DNA of 64,000 nucleotides from an uncultured Gemmatimonadaceae bacterium (GTDB lineage: Bacteria > Gemmatimonadota > Gemmatimonadetes > Gemmatimonadales > Gemmatimonadaceae), in assembly GCA_963781585.1 (NCBI GenBank), contig CAWAGQ010000010.1:96001-160000 (forward strand). The letters run 5' to 3'. The notes below the pieces were generated by a model. It saw only the letters and a program-made list of their open reading frames with translations, was not told where the DNA came from and searched no databases. Both the position numbers and the translations under genes were made by a program. Of this stretch, positions 38,299 to 47,537 are shown piece after piece. Each line of letters opens with the position of its first letter. The stretch's first letter is position 1.

Positions 38299-39759
38299 AT
38301 GACCCTGTTCACGAAACGATCGGTCGCCGAGCTGCAGGTGGAAGCGGACCGTGGCATCCTCCGCCGGTCGCTTGGCCCGATGCACCTCACGGCCCTCGGC
38401 ATCGGGTCCATCATCGGCACGGGCATCTTCGTGCTCACCGGAACCGCCGCGTCGCAGAACGCAGGTCCGGCCCTCGTGATATCGATGGTCATCGCCGCCA
38501 TCGGCTGTGCGTTCGCAGGCCTCTGCTACGCCGAGCTCGCGTCGATGATCCCGGTCGCGGGCAGCGCCTACACCTATGCCTACGCGACGATCGGTGAGCT
38601 GTTCGCGTGGATCATCGGATGGGACCTCATCCTTGAATACGCCCTCAGCGGCTCCACGGTGGCGGTGGGCTGGTCTGGTTACCTCGTGAGCTTTCTCCAC
38701 GGCCTGGGCGTCGACATGCCCGCCGCGTTGACCGCGGCGCCCGGCAGTCCGGTCGTCACGTCCGCCGGCACGGTGACCGCGGTCTTCAATCTCCCGGCAG
38801 CCGTCATCATCGTGCTCGTGTCGTCCCTGCTCACGATCGGGATTCGCGAGTCGGCCGGCACCAACACGGTTCTGGTGGTGATCAAGAGCAGCGTGCTGGT
38901 GCTGTTCGTGGCGGTGGGCGCGGCGTTCGTGCGACGCGAGAATCTCACGCCGTTCGTGCCGCCCAACACCGGGACGTTCGGCGAGTTCGGTCCGAGCGGC
39001 ATCCTCCGCGGCGCGGCGGTCATGTTCTTCGCCTACATCGGATTCGACGCCGTTTCCACCGCGGCGCAGGAGGCGCGCGATCCGCAGCGCGACATGCCCA
39101 TCGGCATCCTCGCGTCCCTGGCCATCTGCACGGTCCTCTACATCGCCGTGGCAATCGTCGTCATCGGCATCGTGCCATATCGGGAACTGAACGTGCCCGA
39201 TCCGCTCGCCGTCGGCATCGACCGCACCGGACTCCTCTGGTTGAGCCCCATCATCAAGGTCAGCGCGCTGTTCGGGTTGTTCAGCACCATCCTGGTCGTG
39301 CTGCTCGGACAATCGCGCATCTTCTATTCCATGAGTCGGGATGGGTTCCTGCCCGACCTGTTCGCCCGCGTCCATCCCCGCTTCCGCACCCCCCATCTCA
39401 GCACCATGGTCACCGGTACGGTCGTCGCGTTAGGCGCGGGACTGCTGCCGCTCAAGCTGCTGAGCCAGCTGGTGAGCATGGGCACGCTGCTGGCGTTCGT
39501 TCTGGTGTGCATCGGCATCGTGGTCCTCCGGAGAACGGCGCCCGCCCTGCCTCGTCCCTTCCGGACGCCAGCCGTCCCATGGATCCCCGCGCTCGGCGCC
39601 CTGATCTGCTTCGTACAGATGCTGGGGCTGCCCTGGGCCACCTGGGAGCGGCTCATCGTCTGGCTGATCGCCGGCCTCGTGCTCTACACGACCTACGGAC
39701 GCCGCCGCGTTGCCGCCCGCCGCACCCCGCGGGAATCGGTCGGCGTCCAGTCTGCCTGA
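38299..39759 (+). CDS. APC-family amino acid permease
   Basis: IIGTGIF, YAELAS, GSAYTY, FAYIGFD. Confidence 0.92.
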   Translation: MTLFTKRSVAELQVEADRGILRRSLGPMHLTALGIGSIIGTGIFVLTGTAASQNAGPALVISMVIAAIGCAFAGLCYAELASMIPVAGSAYTYAYATIGELFAWIIGWDLILEYALSGSTVAVGWSGYLVSFLHGLGVDMPAALTAAPGSPVVTSAGTVTAVFNLPAAVIIVLVSSLLTIGIRESAGTNTVLVVIKSSVLVLFVAVGAAFVRRENLTPFVPPNTGTFGEFGPSGILRGAAVMFFAYIGFDAVSTAAQEARDPQRDMPIGILASLAICTVLYIAVAIVVIGIVPYRELNVPDPLAVGIDRTGLLWLSPIIKVSALFGLFSTILVVLLGQSRIFYSMSRDGFLPDLFARVHPRFRTPHLSTMVTGTVVALGAGLLPLKLLSQLVSMGTLLAFVLVCIGIVVLRRTAPALPRPFRTPAVPWIPALGALICFVQMLGLPWATWERLIVWLIAGLVLYTTYGRRRVAARRTPRESVGVQSA

Positions 39760-39913
39760 CGAGGCGTCCGACAAATCCTCACACCGGAACGTCCCGAGTC
39801 CCCACAGCCGCTCAGTGGGGAGCGGACAGACCACCCGCACTGCGGCGGGCATCTTGCCGCGGGAACAACGGCGCGCCAGCCGGTGTCCGGACTGGGCAAA
39901 CGCGGAGGAGACC

Positions 39914-41203
39914 ATGTCGAGCGCGGCTGTCATGAAGAAGGAGGACCTGGACCGGTCCTACGACCCCGTGACGGCGGTCGGACCGATCCTCGTGGCAACG
40001 GACGGAACCGAATCGAGTGAGGCGGCGCTCAAGGCCACGGCGCAGCTCGCCTCACGAGCGGACTCCAGCGTCACCGTGGTCACCGTGCTCGAGTTGCTGC
40101 CCCTGGTGGCAGCCGACTACGGCCTCCTGCTGCCCCCCCGGGATGTGAGCCTGACGCGTCGCAACGCGCTGCTCGACCGGGTGCGCGGTCAGGTCGCCGG
40201 GATCGTGGGGAAGCGCACCGACTGGCGGGTCGAGCTGCGGGAGGGTGATCCGGCCACGGCCATCGCCCACGCCGCGCGAGAGATGGGCGCACGACTTATC
40301 GTGGCCGGGATAGGGCACCACGACCTGCTGGACCGGCTGTTCGGCGGAGAAACCGCGCTACACACGTTGCGGCTCGCCAGAACGCCGGTACTCGCAGTTT
40401 CGCCCAAGTACGATCATCTCCCGCGACGAGCGGTCGTCGCGACCGACTTCAGCGTGGCCAGCGTCCGAGCGGCCCGCACCGGACTTGCGCTCTTCGACTC
40501 CCTCTCGATGGTCTATATCGCGCACGTGGCGCCGCGGCTCGAGCTGCAACCCGAGGCCTTCGCCGCCTGGATGTCCCTGTATGGGGAAGGCGTGGGTCCG
40601 GCATTCGAGCGGGTGAAGGCCGAACTGGGCATACCGTCCGACATCACGGTCGAGACGATCACCCTGCAGGGAAAGGCATCGCGGGAACTGCTGGAGTTCG
40701 CGCGATCGGCCAATGTCGATCTCGTCATCACGGGGAGCCGGGGCGCCGGTCTCATCGACCGGATCCTGGTGGGAAGTACGGCTACCGGACTGATTCGAGG
40801 GGCACAGTGCTCGGTTCTGGCCGTGCCCACACCCAGTCTGGCCGAGCGGCGATTCGAGATCCCCGAGGGCGATAAGGTCACGATCCCAAGGGAGCAGTGG
40901 GCGCGGGAGCTGGAGGCGTTCACGAGGCGCAATGCAGGCCGCCGCGCAGCGCTCGAGGTGGACGATCCCGAATTCGGCGCGCAGGCGCAGGAGCACGACT
41001 ACCCCTTCCAGGGTATCGCCTACGATCACAACGATGCCCGTGTCGAGATCATGCTCGGTGACTTCGTGGGCACGCTGCGGCACCTGGCGCGCGGCATCGC
41101 CAACGTGCACGAGATCGACCTGCTGCGCGACGAGCGGGGCCGTGACTGGATCGTGCGTCTGGCGCACGGAGATGGTCAGACGATCCTGACACTCGCGCGG
41201 TAG
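39914..41203 (+). CDS. Tandem universal stress protein with C-terminal DUF5335-like domain
   Basis: ILVATDG and VVATDFS USP domains, GSRG...VGSTA; tail IPREQW...LEV...GAQ...FQGIAYD; GGAGGAG RBS. Confidence 0.82.
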   Translation: MSSAAVMKKEDLDRSYDPVTAVGPILVATDGTESSEAALKATAQLASRADSSVTVVTVLELLPLVAADYGLLLPPRDVSLTRRNALLDRVRGQVAGIVGKRTDWRVELREGDPATAIAHAAREMGARLIVAGIGHHDLLDRLFGGETALHTLRLARTPVLAVSPKYDHLPRRAVVATDFSVASVRAARTGLALFDSLSMVYIAHVAPRLELQPEAFAAWMSLYGEGVGPAFERVKAELGIPSDITVETITLQGKASRELLEFARSANVDLVITGSRGAGLIDRILVGSTATGLIRGAQCSVLAVPTPSLAERRFEIPEGDKVTIPREQWARELEAFTRRNAGRRAALEVDDPEFGAQAQEHDYPFQGIAYDHNDARVEIMLGDFVGTLRHLARGIANVHEIDLLRDERGRDWIVRLAHGDGQTILTLAR

Positions 41204-41211
41204 TGCGCTCA

Positions 41212-41255
41212 CCGGACAACGGGGTCCCGTGTGGTTCGCGGGACCCGTCGTCCGG
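41212..41255. terminator. Long imperfect hairpin between convergent genes
   Basis: ccggacaacggggtcccg...cgggacccgtcgtccgg. Confidence 0.55.
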
Positions 41256-41256
41256 C

Positions 41257-42519
41257 TCACCAGAAGACTGTCAGCGACACCGCTGCAACCGCCAACTGAA
41301 TCGCCAGCCCTACGCCGGCCAGACGCTTGAATGGCGACCTGCCGAGAACCTGCGTGAGGACGAGCTTCAGCACGGAGTTAGCGATCACGCCGATGGCAAT
41401 AGCGCGCGCAGCCAGCGGAACGAGGTCGGCTGACGATCCCAGTCGGTTCATCGAAAGCGTCAGGGCGTCCATGTCGGTGAGTCCGAGCACTGCCGCCGAC
41501 GCCAGCACTCCCGCGGCGCCCAGGCGCTGGCGCACCGCGCTGAGCACCATCAGGGAGACCTGAAAAGCAACCGCCATCTTGATGGCCGACCACAGGCGGA
41601 GCGGACTCGACGCATGGTGCTCGGGGGCATCGCGTTTCGTCGGCTCCCATTGGCGCAGGAACGCGTACGCAACCATGGCCACTCCGGCGATCAGGGGCGC
41701 CAGGAAGAACGGAAGGAGCGCGAGGGCGACCCGGTACGACAGGACGCCGCTCAGGACGAGCACGCGCGGGAGCAACACGGTGCAGGCGCCGACCACCCCC
41801 ACCGCCAGACCTTCCGGGGACTGCTCCGCATCATGGCTGGCGCGCGAAAACTGGAAGGCGACCGCGGTCGACGAGATGAGTCCGCCCAGCATGCCCGCCA
41901 CTCCGTACCCTCGTTCCTCCCCCACCGCCTTCCGAGCGAGATAGCCGGCAAAGTTCAGCCCCGAGAACAGCAGGACCACCATCCACAGGGCGCGCAATTG
42001 CACGCCGCCGAACGGGCCGTAGGTGGTGTCGGGGAGGAGCGGCAGCACCACCAGCGCGAGCACGGCGAACTGTGCCGTGGCGCGCATCTCGTGTTCGCCG
42101 ATGCGCGTCGCCGCTGCGCGCACGCGCGCCTTCTCGCTCAGGGCCAGTACCATAACCGCCGTGGCGCCGCCGGCAATCTCGAGGTAGCCGAGCCCGGCCG
42201 CCGCGCCTAACGCGATGACCAGGACCGCGGCCACTTCGGTGGTGGCCTCCACCGCGACGCCGCCGGGTCGTGCGGCGGCCAGGTACGCCGCGACCACCAG
42301 CGTCAGCTCGCCGGCGATGAGCGTGACCCCCAACGCACCCGAACCGGCGGCGACGAGCCACCCGGCCACGCCGGCCGTCCCGCCGAGGAGGAGGAAGGTA
42401 CGGATCCCGGCGAACCGACGATGTGGTCCCGTCGCGTGGCCCGATCGCTCGCGCTCGAGGCCGACCGCGAGTCCGCTCAGCGCGGCGACGGATAGGCGCA
42501 CCACGACCGGATCGATCAC
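41257..42519 (-). CDS. MgtC/SapB-family protein with DUF4010
   Basis: GLERE, AGIRTF, TTEVAA, GGLISSTA, GLTDMDA. Confidence 0.85.
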   Translation of the reverse strand: MIDPVVVRLSVAALSGLAVGLERERSGHATGPHRRFAGIRTFLLLGGTAGVAGWLVAAGSGALGVTLIAGELTLVVAAYLAAARPGGVAVEATTEVAAVLVIALGAAAGLGYLEIAGGATAVMVLALSEKARVRAAATRIGEHEMRATAQFAVLALVVLPLLPDTTYGPFGGVQLRALWMVVLLFSGLNFAGYLARKAVGEERGYGVAGMLGGLISSTAVAFQFSRASHDAEQSPEGLAVGVVGACTVLLPRVLVLSGVLSYRVALALLPFFLAPLIAGVAMVAYAFLRQWEPTKRDAPEHHASSPLRLWSAIKMAVAFQVSLMVLSAVRQRLGAAGVLASAAVLGLTDMDALTLSMNRLGSSADLVPLAARAIAIGVIANSVLKLVLTQVLGRSPFKRLAGVGLAIQLAVAAVSLTVFW

Positions 42520-42576
42520 CGTGGTGTTGCCGGCGGTGAAGCGGCGACGGTCAGCCAGCGCTGGCCGGCTGACCCT

Positions 42577-43557
42577 TCAGCTCTTGCGGGTGCCCAGTTC
42601 CTGGAAGGCGCCGAGGGAGATCCCGGCCAGGTCGAACTCGAGACGCGCCACGATCTGTGGCTCGCCGGGCGCGGCGAGGATTCCTCGAATGGCATCGCGA
42701 AGAGGGGATTGCTCCAGCGGCGCGGGGAAGAAGGTCGTGGCAAGCCCCTGAACGGACGCATGGAGCAGGAACCGCTGCAAGGCCTGCCCGGCCACCAGCC
42801 AATCCAGCGGCAAATCACCTGATGTTCCAACGATCGCCAGAACGGGCGCGGTGGCCAGAGGATCCCGGAGCGCGTCGGGCCGCTGCCGACAGTCCGCGAC
42901 GTCGGTGCGAACCGTGGCGCCAAGGCCTCCGAGGAGGTCGCCCAGCGACAACCCGTGAACGCGCGCGGCGCGTTGGGTGTCGGCGCCCGGGGGACCGTGC
43001 TGCCCGTCGCCGTTCGCGCCGTTCAGGAGACTGCAGAGCGCCTCTCGGCGGGCGTCGTCAACCACGCACTCCACCCACGCCCCTTCAGAGCGCACAGCGT
43101 GACGGAGAAGGGCGAGCAGTGCAGGCGAGACGACCCCGCGCCCTCGTCCAAGGCCGCGGAGAAGAAGGCGACCGCGCAGGATCGCGAAGAGCGCCTCGTC
43201 TTCTGCCGACCGGGTCGATGTCCGACCGGGCCGCACGGCTGCGACAAGCGTCCCGTCTTCCGGATCGGGCAGGAGCTGAATCGCCGCGCGCAATCCGTAA
43301 TGACTGAGTGCCAGTCGAACGTTCTGGAGCGCCGCTCCGCATGCGACGAGCACCTCCGAGTCTGCGCGCCCCACCCGATCAACCGGCTCCTGAAGCCGGA
43401 GAGCCAGCCCGGATCGCTCGACCTCGAATCGCCACGGCTGTCGCCAGCACGCGGGAAGTGATCCAAAGGCCACGACACTGCCCAGCGATGGCTGGCTGCC
43501 TGCTCCACCTCCGACGGAGGTTCCGGGACCGAACGGCGTTCGCACAGAGTCGATCAT
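42577..43557 (-). CDS. Acg-family nitroreductase-like protein (divergent)
   Basis: QPWRF, CGAALQN, DWLVAGQALQR, PQIVARL; start at ATG with GAGG RBS. Confidence 0.7.
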   Translation of the reverse strand: MIDSVRTPFGPGTSVGGGAGSQPSLGSVVAFGSLPACWRQPWRFEVERSGLALRLQEPVDRVGRADSEVLVACGAALQNVRLALSHYGLRAAIQLLPDPEDGTLVAAVRPGRTSTRSAEDEALFAILRGRLLLRGLGRGRGVVSPALLALLRHAVRSEGAWVECVVDDARREALCSLLNGANGDGQHGPPGADTQRAARVHGLSLGDLLGGLGATVRTDVADCRQRPDALRDPLATAPVLAIVGTSGDLPLDWLVAGQALQRFLLHASVQGLATTFFPAPLEQSPLRDAIRGILAAPGEPQIVARLEFDLAGISLGAFQELGTRKS

Positions 43558-43694
43558 GCCTGTCCTCACTTCAGCCGGTTGGGGACCGTTACTGAGCGAA
43601 ATTCGCTCGCCGTATCGACTCCGTCTGTAGGGCACCCGGTGTTGCGGTGTGGTGGTGAAGGGGGGTCACCCGGTTCGAATCCCGGACAGAGGCC

Positions 43695-43713
43695 TGTCGG
43701 GAAAACCCCTACA
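43695..43713. promoter_or_regulatory. Imperfect palindrome in divergent promoter region, candidate NarL-family operator
   Basis: TGTCGGG-AAAAC-CCCTACA between the acg-like gene and the HisKA_3/NarL pair. Confidence 0.4.
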
Positions 43714-43845
43714 CTCGGGGTGGGAATCCCTCTGGCTTCGGCACTGAGGCATGAGGGATAGGCTTACGGCGGACAGTTCCCGTGACCAACCGCGACCGGC
43801 TATCCGTCGGTTCGATCGTTTGGACCGCATGGGACATCGAGAGAC

Positions 43846-45009
43846 GTGACCGCAACGACGACGCTGGCCGTGGAAGAATCTGGCAGTCCTGCCATGAGCG
43901 GACCTGAACCTACGTCCGACGGTCGCTTCACCACAGCGAACCGTGCGGGGAACGATGGGAAGATGGGGATTCAACGCCCCGGTCCGCCGCGGTGGGTTCA
44001 GGCGTTTTTGAGGGTCCCTCTGGTCGGGAAGATCGCCGGGGCCAATGTCGTCATCGTAGTCGGCGCACTCGTGGCGGCGATGGCCAGCGAGCGCGGGACC
44101 CAGGCGGATACCCAGCTCCTGGTGATCCTGGCGTCGGCGCTCGGCGGCACGCTGATCGTCAATGTGATCCTGGTGCTCATCGCGCTGCGGCCTTTGCAGG
44201 ATTTGCACGACACGGCGTACCGGATCTGGCGAGGGGACCTGGACGCGCGGGTCCCTCGTTCGGTGCTGGCGGATTCGGAAATGCAGCGTGTGGGCAGCGC
44301 GTTGAATGCGCTGCTCGACAGCCTCTCGCAGGAACGCACGCGAATTCGGGCACTGGCGTCGCAGGTGATCCATGCCGGCGATCGCGAGCGCGCGCATATC
44401 GCGCGCGAGCTGCACGATTCCACTGCGCAGACGCTCGCTGCGCTGCTGCTCGAACTCAGCGTGCTGGCAGGGGAGAACCGGGACCCCCTGCTGGGAGCGC
44501 GACTGGAGCGGGTGCGGAGCATCGCCAGCAACGTGCTGGACGAGGTGAAGCTGCTGGCGCACACCGTGCATCCACGGGTCCTGGACGATCTCGGACTGGT
44601 TGCAGCGCTTCAGCTACTGGCGCGCGAGGCGCAGGACCGGGGCCCGGCGTCGGTGCAGGTCGAGTCGGACGGTGCAGTGGATGACATTCCGGTGGCCGTC
44701 ACATCGGTGATGTACCGGGTGGCGCAGGAAGCGATGAACAACGCGATGCGGCACGGCAGGCCGACGCAGATCGTGCTGCGCATGCACCGGCGGGACGGAA
44801 CGGCGCTGCTCGAGGTCGAGGACAACGGCGCGGGATTCAATGTGGCTGACGCCGAGCGACGGCGGCCCGGGATGGGGTTGTTCACGATGCGCGAGCGCGC
44901 GGCGCTGGTCGGGGGGGCGGTGGAAGTCACGAGCCAGAGTGGGCACGGAACCCGGGTCGCGGCCACCATTCCGTTGCCGCCGGCTCCGGCCACGGACGCC
45001 CGCGGTTGA
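43846..45009 (+). CDS. HisKA_3 (NarX/UhpB-type) sensor kinase with HAMP domain
   Basis: IARELHD, LDDLGL, QEAMNNAMRH, DNGAGF, GMGLFTMRERA; start may be further downstream. Confidence 0.9.
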   Translation: MTATTTLAVEESGSPAMSGPEPTSDGRFTTANRAGNDGKMGIQRPGPPRWVQAFLRVPLVGKIAGANVVIVVGALVAAMASERGTQADTQLLVILASALGGTLIVNVILVLIALRPLQDLHDTAYRIWRGDLDARVPRSVLADSEMQRVGSALNALLDSLSQERTRIRALASQVIHAGDRERAHIARELHDSTAQTLAALLLELSVLAGENRDPLLGARLERVRSIASNVLDEVKLLAHTVHPRVLDDLGLVAALQLLAREAQDRGPASVQVESDGAVDDIPVAVTSVMYRVAQEAMNNAMRHGRPTQIVLRMHRRDGTALLEVEDNGAGFNVADAERRRPGMGLFTMRERAALVGGAVEVTSQSGHGTRVAATIPLPPAPATDARG

Positions 45010-45046
45010 ACTGCATGCCTAACGAATTCGTACCATCGAGGAGACC

Positions 45047-45709
45047 ATGGCTGGCGATCTGATTCGCGTCGTGCTGGCGGACGACCACACGGTGGTGCGT
45101 GCCGGACTCAAGGCGGTCCTGGGCACGGCCAAGGACATCGACGTGGTAGGGGAGGCGAAGAACGGCGAGGAGGCTGTCGCGCTGGTGGATCGCTTTCACC
45201 CGGATGTCGTCGTCATGGATCTGTCCATGAACGGCATGGACGGGGTCGCGGCGACCAAGGCCATCGTGGCGAAGGGAGGAGAGACCCGGGTGCTGGTCCT
45301 CACGATGCACCCGGAGGAGGACTATCTCGTTCCGCTGCTCGAAGCCGGCGCCGCCGGATATCTGGTGAAGAGCGCGGCCGACCGCGAACTGGTGGATGCG
45401 GTGCGCGCGGTAGCCAAGGGCGACGTCTACGTGCGGCCGACCGCGGCGCGTGTGCTGGCCAAGGGTCTCACCCGGAAAGATCCGCAGCAGGCCGACCGGG
45501 AGCGCTTCGAGAAGCTGACCGAACGGGAGCGGGACGTGCTTCGACTCACGGCGCAGGGATACTCGGCCCCGGAGATTGGCGAGCGTCTGTTCATCAGTCC
45601 CAAGACCGTGGACACCTACAAGCAGCGAATCAACGAGAAGCTCGGGCTCTCGCATCGCGCGGACTACGTACAGTTCGCCCTCCGGCTGGGCTTGTTGACG
45701 CAGGAGTAG
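45047..45709 (+). CDS. NarL/LuxR-family response regulator
   Basis: ADDH, MDLSM, LTERERDVL, ISPKTVDTY. Confidence 0.95.
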   Translation: MAGDLIRVVLADDHTVVRAGLKAVLGTAKDIDVVGEAKNGEEAVALVDRFHPDVVVMDLSMNGMDGVAATKAIVAKGGETRVLVLTMHPEEDYLVPLLEAGAAGYLVKSAADRELVDAVRAVAKGDVYVRPTAARVLAKGLTRKDPQQADRERFEKLTERERDVLRLTAQGYSAPEIGERLFISPKTVDTYKQRINEKLGLSHRADYVQFALRLGLLTQE

Positions 45710-45718
45710 CCGCGCCGC

Positions 45719-46534
45719 GTGCCGCGGCGCATCATCCCCGGCATGTTCGCGTACGACGCCGTCGCCTCACTCGGTCGGTGGGGCCGGGAGCGGGTCGAAG
45801 GGCTGGGCCGCACGGGTCGGTTTGTCGGCATGACGTTGCGTGCCGGCGGCAACCCGGGCACGTGGCTGCCGCGGGTCACGCTGCACGCCACGACGCTCGG
45901 CGTCCAGTCGCTGCCGATCGCGCTGTACATCGCGGTCTTCACCGGTATCGTGCTGTCGCTGCTGGCCAGCTACTCGTTCACCGGCGCGGTGCCGCTGTAC
46001 TTCGTCGGCACGCTGGTGGAGAAAACGGTGACACTGGAGCTCGCCCCCGTGCTCACCGGCCTCGCGCTGGCCGGGCGGGTGGGCGCGAACATCGCGGCCG
46101 AGCTGGGGACCATGCGCGTGACCGAGCAGATCGACGCCCTGGAGACTCTCGCGTATGATCCCTTCGCGTATCTTGTAGTGCCGCGCGTCATCGCGGGGAC
46201 GGTCATGTTCCCGGTGATCGTCGGCCTGGCGATGGTGGTCGGTGTTGCGGCGGGGTGGATCACCTCGACCCTGTTGCTCGACCTGACGTCGGCCGATTTC
46301 GTCAAGGGACTGCGGCTCTTCTTCTCGGAGTTCGACGTGCGCTATGGGCTCGTCAAGTCGGCCAGTTTCGGCACCGTCGTCACGTGGGTCGGGAGCATGC
46401 AGGGAATGCAGGCCCGGGGAGGGGCGGAGGGCGTCGGGCGCGCGGCGACCACGGCGGTCGTGTATTCGGCGGTCCTGATCCTGGTGCTCGACGCGTTCTG
46501 GGCCGTGGTCTGGCTGCTCGGACGGCACCAATGA
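45719..46534 (+). CDS. mlaE: MlaE-family lipid ABC permease
   Basis: ELAPVL, AGRVG, AELGTMRVTEQIDALE. Confidence 0.9.
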   Translation: MPRRIIPGMFAYDAVASLGRWGRERVEGLGRTGRFVGMTLRAGGNPGTWLPRVTLHATTLGVQSLPIALYIAVFTGIVLSLLASYSFTGAVPLYFVGTLVEKTVTLELAPVLTGLALAGRVGANIAAELGTMRVTEQIDALETLAYDPFAYLVVPRVIAGTVMFPVIVGLAMVVGVAAGWITSTLLLDLTSADFVKGLRLFFSEFDVRYGLVKSASFGTVVTWVGSMQGMQARGGAEGVGRAATTAVVYSAVLILVLDAFWAVVWLLGRHQ

Positions 46535-47535
46535 GCCGGCGCAACGACTTCACGGTCGGGCTGACCATTCTCGGCGGAATCGTGATCGTGGTGGCCGCGA
46601 TTCTCTGGGTGAAGGAAGTGAACCTCGGCCCCCGACCGACGCAGGTCACGGCCCGGTTCCGGGACGTCGGCAACGTTCGCATCGGGACGCCGGTGGTGGT
46701 GAGAGGTGTGCGCGCCGGCAAGGTTGAGGCGATGGAGCTGGCGCCGACCGGATTCGTGCTGGTGCGTCTTTCGGTCGGTCCCGGGGTGGTCCTCCCGCGG
46801 AACCCGGTGGTGCTGCTGAACGAGTCGAGTCTGTTCGGGGAGTGGCAGGCCACGATTACCAGCCGTGATGCGGTCGGGAATGACGAGGATGTGAATCAGC
46901 AGCTTGCCGAAGCCTCGCGCGGCGACAATGTCCTGCCCGGTGCCACCCTGCCGGATATCGCGAAGCTGACGGCCGTGGCCGGACGGATTGCGGGCGACGT
47001 CGCATCGGTGGCCGAGCGGGTGCGGGTCGCGTTCGACGAGCAGGCGGCGCGCGAACTCCGCGCGTCGATACGGAATTTTTCCGACATGTCCACACAGCTG
47101 GCGAAGACGGTTCGGGAGCAGTCCGCCAATCTGACGACGATGTCGGCCGATGTGCGCGGCGGTGTGGCGTCATTGACGAAGTCGGCGCAACTGCTGCAGG
47201 CGGTGTCGGAACGCGTCGACTCGTCCACCTCCAAGGGCGAGGTGCGGCAGATCGTGGACGATGCCGCCGAGGCGGCGCGGCAGATGCGGGACGCGAGTCG
47301 GCGGCTGCTCACCATCTCCGATCAGCTCCGGAGCTCGCAGGGTCGCCTCGAGTCGTTCCTGTCGCGAAGCGACTCGGTGGCCGAGAAGATCAACAGCGGC
47401 CACGGATCGTTAGGCATGATGGTGAACGATCCTTCCTTGTACCATCACGCCGACTCGCTGATGATCCAGTTGCAGGCGCTGCTCGAGGATATCCGGAAGA
47501 ATCCGCGGCGGTACGTGAACGTGCGGATCTTCTGA
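46531..47535 (+). CDS. mlaD: MCE/MlaD-family protein
   Basis: N-terminal TM; GTPVVVRGVRAGKV; SLFGE; helical tail GSLG...NDPSLY, NPRRY. Confidence 0.85.
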   Translation: MSRRNDFTVGLTILGGIVIVVAAILWVKEVNLGPRPTQVTARFRDVGNVRIGTPVVVRGVRAGKVEAMELAPTGFVLVRLSVGPGVVLPRNPVVLLNESSLFGEWQATITSRDAVGNDEDVNQQLAEASRGDNVLPGATLPDIAKLTAVAGRIAGDVASVAERVRVAFDEQAARELRASIRNFSDMSTQLAKTVREQSANLTTMSADVRGGVASLTKSAQLLQAVSERVDSSTSKGEVRQIVDDAAEAARQMRDASRRLLTISDQLRSSQGRLESFLSRSDSVAEKINSGHGSLGMMVNDPSLYHHADSLMIQLQALLEDIRKNPRRYVNVRIF

Positions 47536-47537
47536 CC

